From the NCBI GenBank assembly GCA_024137785.1, contig JAHRHZ010000074.1, forward strand, positions 9,154,004 to 9,218,003: 64,000 bases of DNA. The letters are read 5' to 3'. Both the position numbers and the translations under genes were made by a program. Each line of letters begins with the position of its first letter. Position 1 is the first letter of the stretch. Source of the DNA: Ginglymostoma cirratum. Taxonomy: Eukaryota. This document shows positions 26,083 through 39,549 of this stretch, one piece after another. Below the pieces are notes generated by a model. It saw nothing but the letters and a program-made list of their open reading frames with translations, was not told the origin of the DNA and did not search any database.

Positions 26083-28069
26083 TTTTTCTGACATATTTCT
26101 GCTTTTGAAGCATACCCAATGCTCATTTGTTTCTCTTACCTTTTAGTCCTCCTGCCATTTTTTTCAACTTCCTATTGCTAACCTTACTTTCTTGCACTGT
26201 GGGTTACTCCTCAGGTCCCCACTGTCCAGACAGGCTGGTTTAAATCCACCCCAGCAGCACTCTCAAATCTCTCTGGGAGGATATCGGTCCCAGTCCTGTT
26301 AAGGTGTGACCTGCCCAGTTTGAACAGGACCTACCCGCCCCAGAACCATCTGAGTCCCTTAAATTCCTGATGCCTTCCTTCCAACACCAATTCTCCAGCT
26401 ACATGTTTCAATGATCACTCTTCTCGTTCTTACACTCTATAGCTTGTCGCACCTGGAGTAATCCTGGGACTACTGCCAAGGTTTTGCTTTTTCATTTCCT
26501 TCCTAATTCCCTGAAATCTTCCTTCTGGACTTCATCCCTCTTCTTACTTATGTTGTTGGTACCAATGTGGACCATAACTTAATGCTGATCACTTCTCCCT
26601 GAAGGATATCCTGTAACCACTCCCTGACATCCTTGACCCATTGGAGAGACAGCACAACATCCTGGTGTCATATTAACTAGCACAGAAGTGCTTATCAGAT
26701 CTCTCATGATTACTACTTTGTTTCTTCTTCCTCTTCCCACATACAGCTGATTCACTTATATTGCAACAAGCTTGGCTCTGACTGCATTCTTAAAAATCAT
26801 TACCTTCACGAGTTTCCAAAATGAAATCCAAAATGGATCAGCAAACATGAGAGACAGGACTTATGTTTACCTGTGGTCTAGTCATCATTTTCCCTCTGTG
26901 TGCGTCTAATCTGAGGTGTTTACATACTACCTTTTGTGGATGCACAACAGTGACTCTGGACACTGCTCAAGTTCTGAGATTCAAACCTCAAGCTTGTGCA
27001 GTTGGAGATACCTCCTGCAGATATGTTTGTCGAGGACATGTGGCATGTCCATAATATCTCACATTCCACATGGTATGCACTCCATTTGGCCTTTCTGATC
27101 TGCCATTCCATAACACTCTAATGTCTGTTTGTAACGCTTAAAATAAATGTGGGTATACTATGAAAACTTAAGCTGACAGAAAAAGAAAGAAAGAAATGTA
27201 GAGATTTAAACAAACTCTAAATATCCAACTTTCACTTTAAAGGTTGGTTAGTAGGTTCAGTAAGTATTTCTAATCAACTGTTTTCCCGCACTCATGACGT
27301 CACGTAGCTATTGATTTCAATGCAGATAGGCCTCTCAATCCACACCTTGTTTTCTTTCCCACTCATCTCTTGCTCTAGAGACTTTATTTCTTGCATTAAA
27401 TCTTAATTAAAGCACCTCTTTTTCTCCCTCTATCCCAAAGTCTTGCTTTGATCCATATTTTCAGTTACTCAATGTGTCTCTGTCTCGGTCTCACGCTGAC
27501 AAACATCCCCCTCGTTCTGACCATGTGACCTACACTCGTATTGATAATGTTTGCCTTGTAAGTTGTTGAAACTGCAAGGTGGAAAGGATGTAGCCAAGTA
27601 AATTGGGTTCTGGGATCTGAGCCAATAGGTCAGGTAATTCCGACAATCGGGTTACAGCATTATGAAATTAGCAGTACAAATATTAAGAACAAATTATACT
27701 AAGGATGTTGAATTCACAGGGTCACTTTTAAACTTGCTGCTTCTCTTTAAAACAGAGGAGGAAAAACTTTTCTCAAAGGGTACTAAATCTTTTAAAATCT
27801 TCAATATCTACTGAAACCTGAAAAAATGTGACTTCAAATGTGTAATAGTTAATCTTAGTGCTGGAGAGTTTGACTGCCAGTGCAGGAAGTTCACATGGCT
27901 TGAAGTCTCTGAATAGAGAGCCAGGCAGTGAGATGTCACTTTGCTTCTTGAAGCTGTTGTGGCATTTATGCAATGTGTTATTTTAACACCAAATTTTGAC
28001 CCCGTGTGGTATTTAGATTTAAACAGTACCAGTTTGATAGTTTGGTAAAGGCCTTTTGATCCTCAGAAC

Positions 28070-29780
28070 ACTTACTTGATTACGACGCAGGAGGAGGCTG
28101 TTTGGCCAATTTTGCCTGCAAAGGCCCATCAAATGAGCATTATTACCTAGTGCCAATCTCCTACATTTTCCCTATACCTTTGCACATTATTTTTATCCAA
28201 ATAATCATCGAATGCCCTTTTGACTGCCTAAAGTGAGTCTGCCTGCGCCACTTCCAGGCATTTGCCTTCCGTATCCTAAACACCTCGCCTCACCCTTGCT
28301 TCTTTTGCAGGTTACTTTAAACGTACTTGTTCATTTTATGAGTAGGAACAGTTTCTTCTTGGCCACTGTATCCTGCCCTCTCGTGATTTTGAAAACCTCT
28401 ATCAGATTTCCTCTTAGTTGTCTTCTCTCCAAGAAGAATAGTCCCAAGTTCTCCTATCTGTCCTCATAACTGAAATTCCTCATCCCTGGAACCATTCTTG
28501 GAAACAGTTTTTGAGCTTTCTCCAATACTTCCATATTCTTCCTAAAGTGTGGCACGCAAAACTATACAGAGCACCCCAGCTGAGGTCTAGCAAGTGCCTT
28601 ATACAAGTTGACATCACCTCCTTGTTCATGTACTCTATGCCCTTTATTAATAAGGCTAAGGTTACTGTTTGCTTACTGCTCTCTCGACCTGTCCTGCCAA
28701 TATCAATGATCTGCGTACCCATGCACCCGGGTCCCTTTGCTCCTGCACCGCATTAGAATTGTACTCCCTGTTTTATATTGTTTTTCAATATTCTTCCTAC
28801 TAAAAGTGCCTCTGCGTTGAATCTCATCTGTCACTTAACTGACTACACCACCAGCTTGCCTACGCTCATCTGGAGTTTTATACTGTCTTCCACCATTTAC
28901 AGCTTTTTCAAGTCTTGGGTCATCTGCAAACTTTGAAATTGTCACCTGCACCCAAAATCTAGATGTTTAGTATATGTCAGGAAATACGATCCATTGCTGG
29001 GTAACCCTATTACAAACATCCCTGCAGCCTGAAAAAATCCATTAGCCACTACTGGTAACACAGTATGGAGTTGGAGGAACACAGCGGGCCGGGCAGCATC
29101 AGAAGAGCAGGAAAGTTGATGTTTTTGGTCAGCACCCTTATGAAGCTGTTCCTCCAGCTCCATACTATGTTATCTCTGCCTGCAGCATCTGCTGTTCTTG
29201 TTAGCTCTCATTAACCATCACTGTACTCTCCTTTTTTTCTCCCCCTATCACCTCAGCCAATTTTGTATCCATGTTTTGGTCCGTTTCATTCCATCACTTA
29301 AAACTTTCCTCACAAGTCTGTTGTATGGCACAGTAGCAAAGGTTTTCTAGAAGTTCATGTTATACCACATCAACAGCATTACCCTCCAAGCCTTTCTGTT
29401 ACATCTTTAAATAAAATTCTAGCAAGTTCTGTATTCCCCTTTAAAAATCTGTGCTGGTTTTCCTTAATCACCCATCTTTTTTCATATGACTGCTAACGCT
29501 ATCCAGATAATTGTGTTTAGAAGCTCAAAGTTAAACTGACTGGTCTGTAATTGCTAGGGTTATCCTTGCAATCTTTCTTGAACAAAACAATTTTCCAGTT
29601 TTCTGGCACCTCCCCCAAGTCAAGGGAAGACTGAAAGATTATGGCCAGTGCTCTGCAATTTTCACTTGCGCCTCCTTCAGTATCCTTGGATATATCTCTT
29701 CCAATGTCAGTGCCTTGTCAACCTCCAGTACCAATAGTCTATCCAGTACTTCTTTGTTATCAATTTTGAATCTTTCCACT
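28070..29780 (-). mobile_element. CR1 LINE 3' half
   Basis: KGIEYMNKEVM, KFADDPRL, NYRPVSL motifs on the minus strand; CR1 tail at about 28085. Confidence 0.75.
29056..29209. mobile_element. Fold-back PLE-terminal element (family 1-like, diverged, internally deleted)
   Basis: TAACACAGTATGGAGTTGGAGGAACA vs TGTTCCTCCAGCTCCATACTATGTTA. Degenerate 15-bp flanking repeat CATTAGCCACTACTG / CATTAACCATCACTG. Confidence 0.72.
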
Positions 29781-30757
29781 CCTTCTTACCCCTGAAGTTG
29801 TTCTCTTTTGATCTATAAGAGATAGAACCTGAGAAATGTCTTTTTTAATAAACAGAAAACTTCGTTGTCTTAGCAGCATAAATTATCTTTTCAAAAGATT
29901 CTCTGTTCAACCTTCCCTCTACCATTAGAAACGCAAAGTGGCATTTGTAAGTGTGCATTTTTTTAAACATGATCCTGCTGGTTATAAATTTCATAAATAA
30001 TATGTTTCAGTCTTTTGTCCCTGAACCTATAGAATCAAAGGCATGTATGTTGCTTAAAATGCTGAGATGACAGCATTAACTATTCTTAGGCCAGCAATTA
30101 AATATTGATGTGAAATTTCCAAAAGTAACATATGCACACACATTGAGCTAGTTTTAAGGTCAGTAATTACTGTGAAGCTAGCAGTAGTCTACAGTCATAG
30201 AACAGTATAGTACAGGAACAGGTCCTTTGGCCTACCATGTCTGTGCTGACCATGAAACCATTTGAAACTAATCCCATGTACCTGCACACAGTCCATATCC
30301 ATCTATTTCCTGCCTGTTTGCGTGGGTGTCTAAATGCCTCCTGCCAGAAAATGCTGTTAAAATATTCTCAACGATCCAGTTGTTTCCATAGTGATACCAA
30401 GTATTAACACTTGTGAAGTTGTTATTTCACCACATTAATTGAGTTTAATTTGCATGTATTTGGGTGCACGTAGAGGGAAGAAAATCCCTGCATGAAACAA
30501 CACCTGTTAAAGAGTTCTCAGTCAGGACTTGCAGTGAAAATAGTTAATTGCTAGCCTTTAATTTAATTGATGAAAAGATTTAATTGCTAACTAATGATAA
30601 TCTCAGACAAGTATTGCTATGTGATACTGACCTTGCAGCCAAGTGGTTATTCTGTCAATTGTAGTGGGCTGCATGGCAAAGAACATTGTACATTGGATAT
30701 TTGTACGTCACCTAAATGGTGGACAGTTTATGTTTAATGCTATCAAATTGAAACTAA

Positions 30758-31308
30758 GAGATAACAAGGTGTAGAGCTGGATGAACACAGCAGGCCAGGC
30801 AGCATCAGAGGAGCAGNNNNNNNNNNNNNNNNNNNNNNNNNNNNNNNNNNNNNNNNNNNNNNNNNNNNNNNNNNNNNNNNNNNNNNNNNNNNNNNNNNNN
30901 NNNNNNNNNNNNNNNNNNNNNNNNNNNNNNNNNNNNNNNNNNNNNNNNNNNNNNNNNNNNNNNNNNNNNNNNNNNNNNNNNNNNNNNNNNNNNNNNNNNN
31001 NNNNNNNNNNNNNNNNNNNNNNNNNNNNNNNNNNNNNNNNNNNNNNNNNNNNNNNNNNNNNNNNNNNNNNNNNNNNNNNNNNNNNNNNNNNNNNNNNNNN
31101 NNNNNNNNNNNNNNNNNNNNNNNNNNNNNNNNNNNNNNNNNNNNNNNNNNNNNNNNNNNNNNNNNNNNNNNNNNNNNNNNNNNNNNNNNNNNNNNNNNNN
31201 NNNNNNNNNNNNNNNNCTGCTCCTCTGATGCTGCCTGGCCTGCTGTGTTCATCCAGCTCTACACCTTGTTATCTCAGATTCTCCAGCATCGGCAGTTCCT
31301 ACTATCTC
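30758..31308. mobile_element. Fold-back PLE-terminal element (family 1) whose centre is an assembly gap
   Basis: 30758-30816 is the exact reverse complement of 31217-31275; the right arm continues into the terminal tail ...GCAGTTCCTACTATCTC. Confidence 0.8.
30817..31216. other. Assembly gap (400 N)
   Basis: Run of N. Confidence 1.
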
Positions 31309-31592
31309 GCAACTAAAAGGGATTAGTTATTCTGTCCATAAGTCTACTTCTGATGGTTTTTAAAGATCCTGGGAGGTCCAGATGGTGTGAGAGTAATTAG
31401 AAAATCTCATTTTAGTACATTTAAGTCTGATTACTGACCCCACTCTCTATATGTCCATTACTGTATTAATGCTGAATCGGTAGAAGGTGATTATCTTTGG
31501 TATAAATGGTTGATGTGTTGCCGGTTCCATTTTCCTAAGCTGCTTTGTCAAAATCAAATTGACAGGCTGGTGGTGCAGAATGTATTCCTTGT

Positions 31593-32812
31593 AGTTATGA
31601 CCCTAACAGATTTTTACTGGACAACTCCGATCCCAAACAGGTTGATCATAGTTTTACGTATTTGATTTGGTTTTGACAAATCAGTCTGACACTCAACCAT
31701 AAGCACACAATGCTACTAGTTTTGTTTTAACAACAAAAAAAATTTCAGCTATCTACTTCTAATACATATTCAAATAGTTTAAACACATTAAGAGTATAAT
31801 CCCATTAATCCCAAAGCACTGCTTTATAAATTGAAAAGCAGCCACACACGTTTGGTATGATATCTAAAACACTCTGGTACAGTTCGCATAGCACCGTCAC
31901 TAGAACTGCGATAGCTTGTTCCTGGAGCTATCATACACTTGAGCTTCACTTGTACAGTTTAAATAGCCACTTATGGGGTTTTATTTGATTTGGAAATAAC
32001 ATTAGCACTTTACTATGTAGATACAACGAACTATATCTGTCTCGTCTCAGGAGCACTGCTGTAAATAGCCATCTTGTTCCAAGGTTTTTACAGGACTAGC
32101 ACTACCCAATGTTAAAAGTGAAACTAAAAGTCTCTGTCTCAGCCAAAAGTGCCGTCCCCAAACCTAGAGGGGAAAAAAACAGGAATTTCTAACAAATCTT
32201 TGAGACCCCATTATTTGCCCTGCTGAGTCACAAGCCAGCTAAAATGAACAGAAGTTGATTAATGCACCAAAACCCACTCACTGTTTAGCCAGATTTCAGA
32301 AACTATTTGTGAAAACAATCGCCCTGGCTAAAGAAATACTTGTAAGTTAATTACTAGCTACAGACACACTGCAGTTATGGCGACAAGGTGGCACAGTGGT
32401 TAGCACTGCTGCCGCACAGTGCCAGGGACCTGGGTTTGATTCCAACATTAACGACTGTGGAGTTTGCACATTCTCCCCCTGTCTGCGTTGGTTTCCTCCA
32501 GGTGCTCTGGTTTTCTACCACAGTCCAAAGATGTGCAGGTTAGGTGCATTGGCCATGCTAAATTGCCCATAGTGTCTAGGGATGTATAGGTTAGGTGAGT
32601 TAGCCATGGGAAATGTAGGGTTATAGGGTAGGAAGGTGAGTCTGGGTCTGATGCTCTTTGGTAAGAGGAGTGGACTTGTTGGGCTGAATAACCTGTTTCC
32701 ACACTGTAGGGATTATATTCTTCTACTCTAATTGTGAGTTCAAACCCTGAAATCCAAGGCTGTAGCAACTAAAATAAAAATTATAAAAATAAATCCCATA
32801 GTTTACATCACA
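31593..32812 (-). mobile_element. Solo-LTR-like repeat, copy 2 (contains the nested HE1 SINE)
   Basis: Ends ...TACATCACA; flanks TTGT/CTGT. Shares TAATCCCATTAATCCC, GAGCTATC.TACA, AATTTCTAACA and TGGCTA.AGAAATAC with 39550-40405. Confidence 0.6.
32379..32721 (+). mobile_element. HE1-type V-SINE, near full length
   Basis: tRNA-like head with A box TGGCACAGTGG and B box GGTTTGATTCC. V-domain TGTGGAGTTTGCACATTCTCCCC..GTCTGCGT.GGTTTCCTCC.GGTGCTC.GGTTT. LINE-like tail GGGCTGAA..CCTGTTTCCACACTGTAGGGATT. Confidence 0.85.
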
Positions 32813-34661
32813 CTGTTGAAAAGTCCATTTAAAGAGAGGGCAGGAAATTAAGAGGGGAGGATGCAAAACTGATGAGAACTTCCAGAATATGCACCTTCAG
32901 TCATACTTGCTCTTCAACCAGCAGCCATCAGCACCTTGCATGCAAAGATTGAGAGTTTAAAGAAGTGTACACTGGCTGATTTATCAATCATTAAAAAAAG
33001 TATAATTTGTCCAGAAAGTGCACAGACATAGTCCACATCCTAGCTCTGTCAAGAAGAGAAGCAGACTTTAGGGCTGAACCTTTAAACGAATCATGTTTTC
33101 TTTCCACTAACATACGCTGATGTGTTCAATTCAACATAAGACATAATAGACAACAAATGACCAGGAACGATTTAGTTCACTTCGTCTGCTGATAGTTATG
33201 ATAAGACAATACTGGATTAACTGACTAATTATTGCAATTAATTAGGTCTACAAAAGCCTGCCACATTTTCAAGGGCAACTAGGCAACTGGTCAACCATTG
33301 ATGCCCACATCCCACGGGTAAATTTTTTTTTAATTTCAACATAAAACAAGGAAAAATTTGGTGGAGAGCTTTCCTTTCGCTTGTCCTGTGATGTTGAGAT
33401 AATTGGAAGGCCAACATTTGTAACCTATCCTTTACTGTCTTTGAACCAAGTGGCTTGCTAGGCCATTTCAGAGAGCAGTTAAGAATCAACCACATTTCTG
33501 TGTGTTGAGTGTCACATAAACCAGCCAAGGTAAGAATGGCCAAATTCCTTGCCTTGACATTAGTGAACCTGTTTCACATTTCTCTAAAGCTGCAGCTCTA
33601 TTTGTAAGTGTAAACTAAAATATTGGCAAGCTCTTTTAAACCATGTGTTGTCCCTTCCATTATAGATTCTCAGTTTTGTAGAATGAGCATCTTGCCAGGG
33701 CTAAAGTGATGTGTTTCTCTCCATGACATAGCTCTTGAATATATGTAGCCTTAAGCTAGAGATTCCACGTTCAAGAAATTATTTATCTCAGTGCTTTTTT
33801 TGTCCCTGTCTGATAGTTAACAGCGCATTCTTTGTTGGCAGGTTTAAAATTGCTATCTTTTCTTTGCAGCCTCCCTCTGCTGGAAGAAAGCTAGTCTGAG
33901 ATCGGAGGAACAACTCCTCGGAGATTCTACCCATTCCACTAGTGGGGCATTCTTTCCTTAAGTCATCCCCATTATTGAATTTTCCCAGCTATTTTGGGGA
34001 TTTGCCACTTTACCCACCACATTATTGCTGCATTTCACCCACGTTTCTTGCATTACTCCAGAAGTTTAGAAACTGAATAGAGTTCAGCAAAGATCAACCC
34101 ACTTATCAACAGATTTCTGATATAACAATCCTCACCTGCCTCCTGGAGTAATTTGTTTTAGGCTTTTTTGGATAGTGGATGATATTTAAAAAGCCATATG
34201 CTGATAGTGCTCCAGCAGTGGTATTAGATAGGATTATCCAGAATTTTGACTCCTCAAAAGCAAAGGAATGCTAACCTATATGTTAGTCAGAATATGTGCC
34301 TTTGATTGAATGTTGGAGGTGATGGCATTCCCCTGACATTATGACCTTCACTGATCAGACAAAGAGAAACAGAGGAGAAAGGTGCTGTCAAAAACGCTGC
34401 AATAAATGTCATCTATTAACCTCCTGAAATAACTTTATCCTAATCGTAGTTAACTACATCTTTCAGTTGCTTTTTTGTCAGCTGCAGATTAGGTATTAGA
34501 CTTTATACTCAAGTCCCAAAAAGTTTATATTTTGTTTTTAATTGACTAAACTTTAATTTGAGGTATTGTTCTGTAATGGTACAAGTTTTACTGTACAACC
34601 TGATAACTGCATTATTGAAAATCAAAGTAGCTCAATGTTGTGTTCATTTTTTTTATTTTAG

Positions 34662-34776
34662 GCTTTTTTGGGAGTAGTCTTCCAGATTATCAAAGATCAG
34701 AAATCATTATGTTTATTATGGGGAAGGTACCCATTTTTGATGCTGGATCACATTCACTGGATGCCAGCCACTGTGG
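34662..34776 (+). CDS. EFR3A: EFR3A exon 5 in window (115 nt): (G)FFGSSLPDYQRSEIIMFIMGKVPIFDAGSHSLDASHC(G)
   Basis: Polypyrimidine tract + AG / GTAAGT; LPDYQRSEI.MFIMGKVP motif. Confidence 0.95.
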
Positions 34777-35169
34777 GTAAGTGTTCACTAAGATAGCAGA
34801 AGGCCTTTCATTAATAGAAGGGAAAAAAATGTTTTACATATACTGCTGTACATTTGTGTCACTATTTTGACATTGGGCACTTTTTTTCAGCCATAATTGA
34901 TCATGCCTTGTAATCTTGCTGAGAGAAACTACAAATTTGGCAGAGTACGGAAATATGGAAACTTATGGTGTAGGAGGGCTCGGCTTAAGTTGAAGCTAGA
35001 CTAATTAGAATAGTTTTAGGAACCTCTCCATTCTGTCTGGGGTCTGAAATGCATGACCTGATGGTGCTTGGTGCTAATGGTGAAACCCACCCTGACACTC
35101 ACCCCACAGTGGAAGAGTGATCCATCTCTAACACAGATGTTATCTCCTTAAGAGCTTCAGTACAAGGCT

Positions 35170-36640
35170 GAGAGTGCTCCATGAGTAACTACTTTTACCT
35201 AAATATTAAAGAACAAAAGCTATTTTAGGGTAAAGAAAGTGAGCATACATCATGCATGCGGATGCAATAATAAAGTTTGACAAGTGAGAGTATGAAGAGA
35301 CTAGGAATGAAGTGAAAAAAAAAATAGGCAGTTAGAGGAGCATGAAATTATATTAAGGAGATTAATGCAAAATGGTAAAACATCCTACAGTTGCACGAAT
35401 ATAAAAACATTTCAGGATGAGAATAGGGACGGACGGGGATAAAATCCTAAATGATGAAATATCAGAAATATTTAGTTTTTTTTTGTAGTATTTGCCAGGG
35501 ATACAGATTGGGTGGATGTGGCATTGTGAAATAAGATTAGAAATAATATAACCACATTTGAGATAGAAGAGAGGTCTTAAATAAGCCAATTAAACTCTCG
35601 AGAGAACTCTTCAAGTCCAGATTAATTCAATTTTTGAAATTTATAAGAATCTAGAGAAGAGATGATAGAGGCATTCCGATTCATAGTTAATAATTAGTTA
35701 GAGAAAGGTGCACAGGAAAATAACCAAAGATAACATTATTCCTGTATTTCAGGAAATTGAACATGTGTGGGGGAGTTGTAGACTTGTCTGCTTCAGGTGG
35801 TAAGAAATATAATGGGGGGAGAAAACAGATGAATGTCTAGATGTCAACAACATTATATTGATTAGTCAACATAGAACTCAAAAAGGAAAGTCTTGCTTGC
35901 CAACCCTCATTCAGTTTTTGAAGACACAATAGAATAAGTGATGGATTAAAATAAATGTTAAAATACCACATTTCCGAAAGCCTTTTTATCAGGTTCCACA
36001 TGATACACTAAAATTAACATGTGCCATAGTCAGATAATAACTGTCAGAATGGATGGCAAATTGCACGATAATGTCCAGCTTTGGATATAAGGTAGTTATT
36101 CAAAGAGGAAGAAGATGAAAAGTGAGGCCTCACCTCAAGTGAGATATTGGGACTACTATTGACAACTTGTATAAATGGTCTAACCGTTGAAATCAAAAAC
36201 CACAGCATGGAATTCACCATTTTCAAAGGGATCAGAGAGTCATAGATTTCTTCAGCATGGAAATAGACCCTTCGTTCCAACTTGTCCGTGCCGACTAGAT
36301 ATCCTAAATTAATCTAGTCCCATTTGCCAGCATTTGGCTCATATCCCTGTAAACCCTTCTTATTCATGTACCCATCCAGATGCCTTTTTAAATGTTGTAA
36401 TTTTACCATCCTGTACTTCCTCTGGTAGTTGATTCCATGCAAATACCACCCACTTTGTTAAAATGTTGTCCCTTAGGTTCCTTTTATATCTTTTCCCCTC
36501 TCCCCTTAAACCTAAGCCCTCTTTTGGGCTCCCCTACCCTAGGGAAAAGACCTTGGCTATTCACCATATCCATGCCCCTTCTGATTTTGTAAACCTCTAT
36601 AAGGTCACCCCTCAGCCTTCAATGCTTCAAAGTGTATGGC
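35170..36640. mobile_element. Decayed CR1 (+) with nested HER1 3' tail (-, about 36240-36625)
   Basis: KGKSCLPTLIQF and FRKPFYQVPH on +; HER1 tail on -. Confidence 0.6.
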
Positions 36641-38012
36641 ACAAAACCAGTATCAAATTAGAGTGCTGTGGAAACATTAGTTGGTAGGTGGGTCAATTTT
36701 TCTCCAATGAAACAAAGGGAGAGATTGAGTGTGGAAGTGGATGGAAGAGCATTTGGTATGGATGCAGGAGCAGAAAAGATGATCAGGTGCCTCCAATGAG
36801 TGAGTGGGGAATACAGAGGTCAGGAGGGGTTATTAGTTTGGGAAGATGTTGCTGGGAGCTGTTGAGTGGACATGGTGCATGCATCAATGAGAGTTTCAAC
36901 ACATGAGTCTTCATTAGAGGTGCTTGCATTGGCAGTGTTAGTGAGTAATTGATCTGCGAGAGTGAAGTGACAGACGTTACACTTGCCCTCGCAAAGCACA
37001 GAGAATAATTGAGCTTGTGAATGTTGCATTTCACTCTGTGCACTACACTGACCCAGACCTGCTATCTCAGACCAGTGTTAAGGGCAGTTCCTGGTTTGCA
37101 GCACCGGAAGTACTGTAGAGTCGATGTTTAAATATGGCACCAGTTGCATGAGCATCGCAAAGTCCTGGCAGCGTGAGCACTTCTTCCTCCTCTCTGCTTT
37201 GTGATTCAATGAAATGAGCTTTAGTAGACGCTGATTGGTAGAATAGTGAGATGAAGAGTAGAAGATTACGTGAGAAAAGTACCCTTCAAGCATGATGGGC
37301 TGGGCACCTAAATCTCACTTGACAAAGCTCTGCCCATAAATAGGAAAACTCAGCCCACAGTTTTTAAATTCATAAAACTGTCAACATTTCTGCAGTTGTA
37401 TCTTTTTATACAATACCACCTCTTCCTGTCTATTTAATGCATTAAGGTTGAAATGTGGAACCCTGCTGAACACATGGATTTAATTTACAGCTGGATTATC
37501 AGGCAACTTGTCAGGTGCTAAAAGCTTTCCTGCTCCAAATTGTGCCACAAAACAAAGTATGAAAAATCGTTTCCATTTTCTTAACTTTGACTGCAATTTT
37601 GATTGCAATTTTGTTGTTAAGATTTCTGGAAAATATATCTTTGCCACTTCAGTCAGTATTTATAATTGACTCATCCTGCCAATTTAAAGAATGTTTTACA
37701 AATGTTATCTGATCTTCAGTATATGAATAATGATGACTATGTTGTATTTATTGGCCTGACAAGGTGGTGATTGACTTCCTTTATGAATCATCAAGGCTGT
37801 TCTAGTGATAATATTAGGAGTTTAAACCAGAAGCTTAATGACATGAATTTTTTTAATTTAAAATTAATTAGCTGGCCTATTTATCTATGATCCTTTTGAA
37901 TAAATTTCAGGATATTGAATAGACTTGTGTCGTCTGTAAGTATAAAATGCAAGCCTTCAAACAAGATTGAAAAAAACTTTAAAATGCATTGTCTTTCAGG
38001 GAGTGTATAACC

Positions 38013-38575
38013 TGATTTGATTTGATTTATTGTCATGTATCCCTAAGTGCAGTAAAAAGCTTTGTTTGCGAGCAGTACAGGCAGATCATAGTAAGCAAGG
38101 AAATACAGATTATAGGGTGATAAAACTTGGACAGAATAAGGCATATAGATTACATGCACAGAACGTGCGCAAGGCAAGATCAACATTATTTGAAGTTAGA
38201 GAGTCCATTCATCAATCTAATAATGACAGGGAAGAAGCTGTTCTTGAACCGGCTGGTGCATGTGTTCAATCTTCTGTATCCTCTGCCTGACAGAGGAGCT
38301 ATAGGAGAACAGTTTTTGGGTGAGATGGGTCTTTGATGATGTTGGCAGCCTTCCACGACAAAGAGAGATGTAAATGGAGTCCATGAATAGAAAGTTGGCT
38401 TCTGTGGTTGTCTGGTCTGTGCACACAATCTTCTGCAGTTTATGGTCCTGGGCAAAGCCCTACCAGGCTGTTATGCACCCGGACAGTATGCTTTCTTTGG
38501 TGCTTCTGTAAAAGTTGGTGAGGGTCCTTTATTCACGTACCGTATTTCCTTAGCCGCCTGAGGAAGAAGGTGTTG
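38013..38575 (-). mobile_element. Rex1/Babar-like LINE 3' end (another fragment on + at about 43185-43356)
   Basis: LSGRGYRRLNTCTSRFKNSFFPVIIRLMN C-terminus; AATAAATCAAATCAAATC tail. Confidence 0.65.
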
Positions 38576-38965
38576 TTGGTAGGTTGAGAGAGTAATGTTG
38601 GAATCATACAACTATAACATTAGGGAAAATTAGGACTCAAGTTGTGGAACATATGGATTAAAATGCAATGCAACTAAATAGTTATTGTCTGAATGAGATG
38701 TGATTATAGATCCACTGCCTATTGCCATGTGCTTCTGTGAACATGTTTTAAATTTTTGGTTAGAAAGGTAACCATATTCTAAACTGGACATTTCTTGTCA
38801 CTTAAATTTCCTCTTTAAATTCAATTTCTGAGCTTTGACTAGTCCTAGCTATGTATATTCAGTGCATTCTGGGATCTTTCCTGGTCTCTCAAAAAACGGA
38901 ACTGTATTTTAACAAGCAAAACAAGTTGCTGTGTATAAATGTTTACATCCTTTTATCCTTCTCAG

Positions 38966-39017
38966 AGATCGGGGAACAAGAGCCATTCAAGTCATGCTTC
39001 TCAGATCTCTACTTATG
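38966..39017 (+). CDS. EFR3A: EFR3A exon 6 in window (52 nt): (G)DRGTRAIQVMLLRSLLM
   Basis: ccttctcAG / GTAAGT; GTR.IQ.MLLRSLLM motif; phases fit the neighbours. Confidence 0.94.
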
Positions 39018-39549
39018 GTAAGTGTTAAATATTGAACTCTAAACAAAAAAAATGAAAAATCACTTTCAGGATGACTGTTAATTTAATCTGAACTTGAATT
39101 GTTAGGATAATAATTCTAAACAGTAACGCAAATAGATCCCAGTTTTGTTTCTGTGCTTAATGCCATTTCAATTCCTGATTGTGGAACAGGTTGACCTAGA
39201 CACTACTGATAGATAACAACTTCACCTTTTCGAGAAATAATAACATTTTTGAAGATCTTTTTCATTATTTTTTGTTCCCATATTTAATTCTGCATCATAT
39301 GTAGAACTTTACAGGTAATTTCTATATGTGTCTGTCTGTACAGTAGGAATAGTTTCTATTTTCTTTAAAGTTTATTTCAGTCAAAAGGAGTCATGCAAAA
39401 TATATTTTAGAATGCAGTTGTAGTGAGCACTTTATAGCATATATCCAACTATCTGCTTAATGCCATGGAAAGATTTCAAAATGTTAGGCACAATGGTATG
39501 AATTTCTAGGTGATGTAACATAAGTGTTTATGCGTTTGTGTTAGCAATG

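Larger units (their letters stand above)
24080..26750 (-). mobile_element. CR1 LINE 5' half: ORF1 esterase relic + APE endonuclease + start of RT
   Basis: Minus strand VMVHIGTNNI (about 26550-26580), ETWLCGDQDWELNIQGY, LNDYFAAVFTEE, NVTPLFKK..GNCRPV. Confidence 0.85.

Noticed and set aside
30743-31326. ORFs of 169 and 181 aa on both strands
   Set aside because: Artefacts of translating through 400 N between inverted arms.
32379-32450. tRNA gene
   Set aside because: It has A/B boxes but no complete cloverleaf and continues into the V-domain, so it is a SINE head.
36690-37356. Possible TIR element (GGGTCAATTTTTC ... GAAAACTCAGCCC)
   Set aside because: The termini are only loosely complementary and there is no convincing TSD or second copy in the window.
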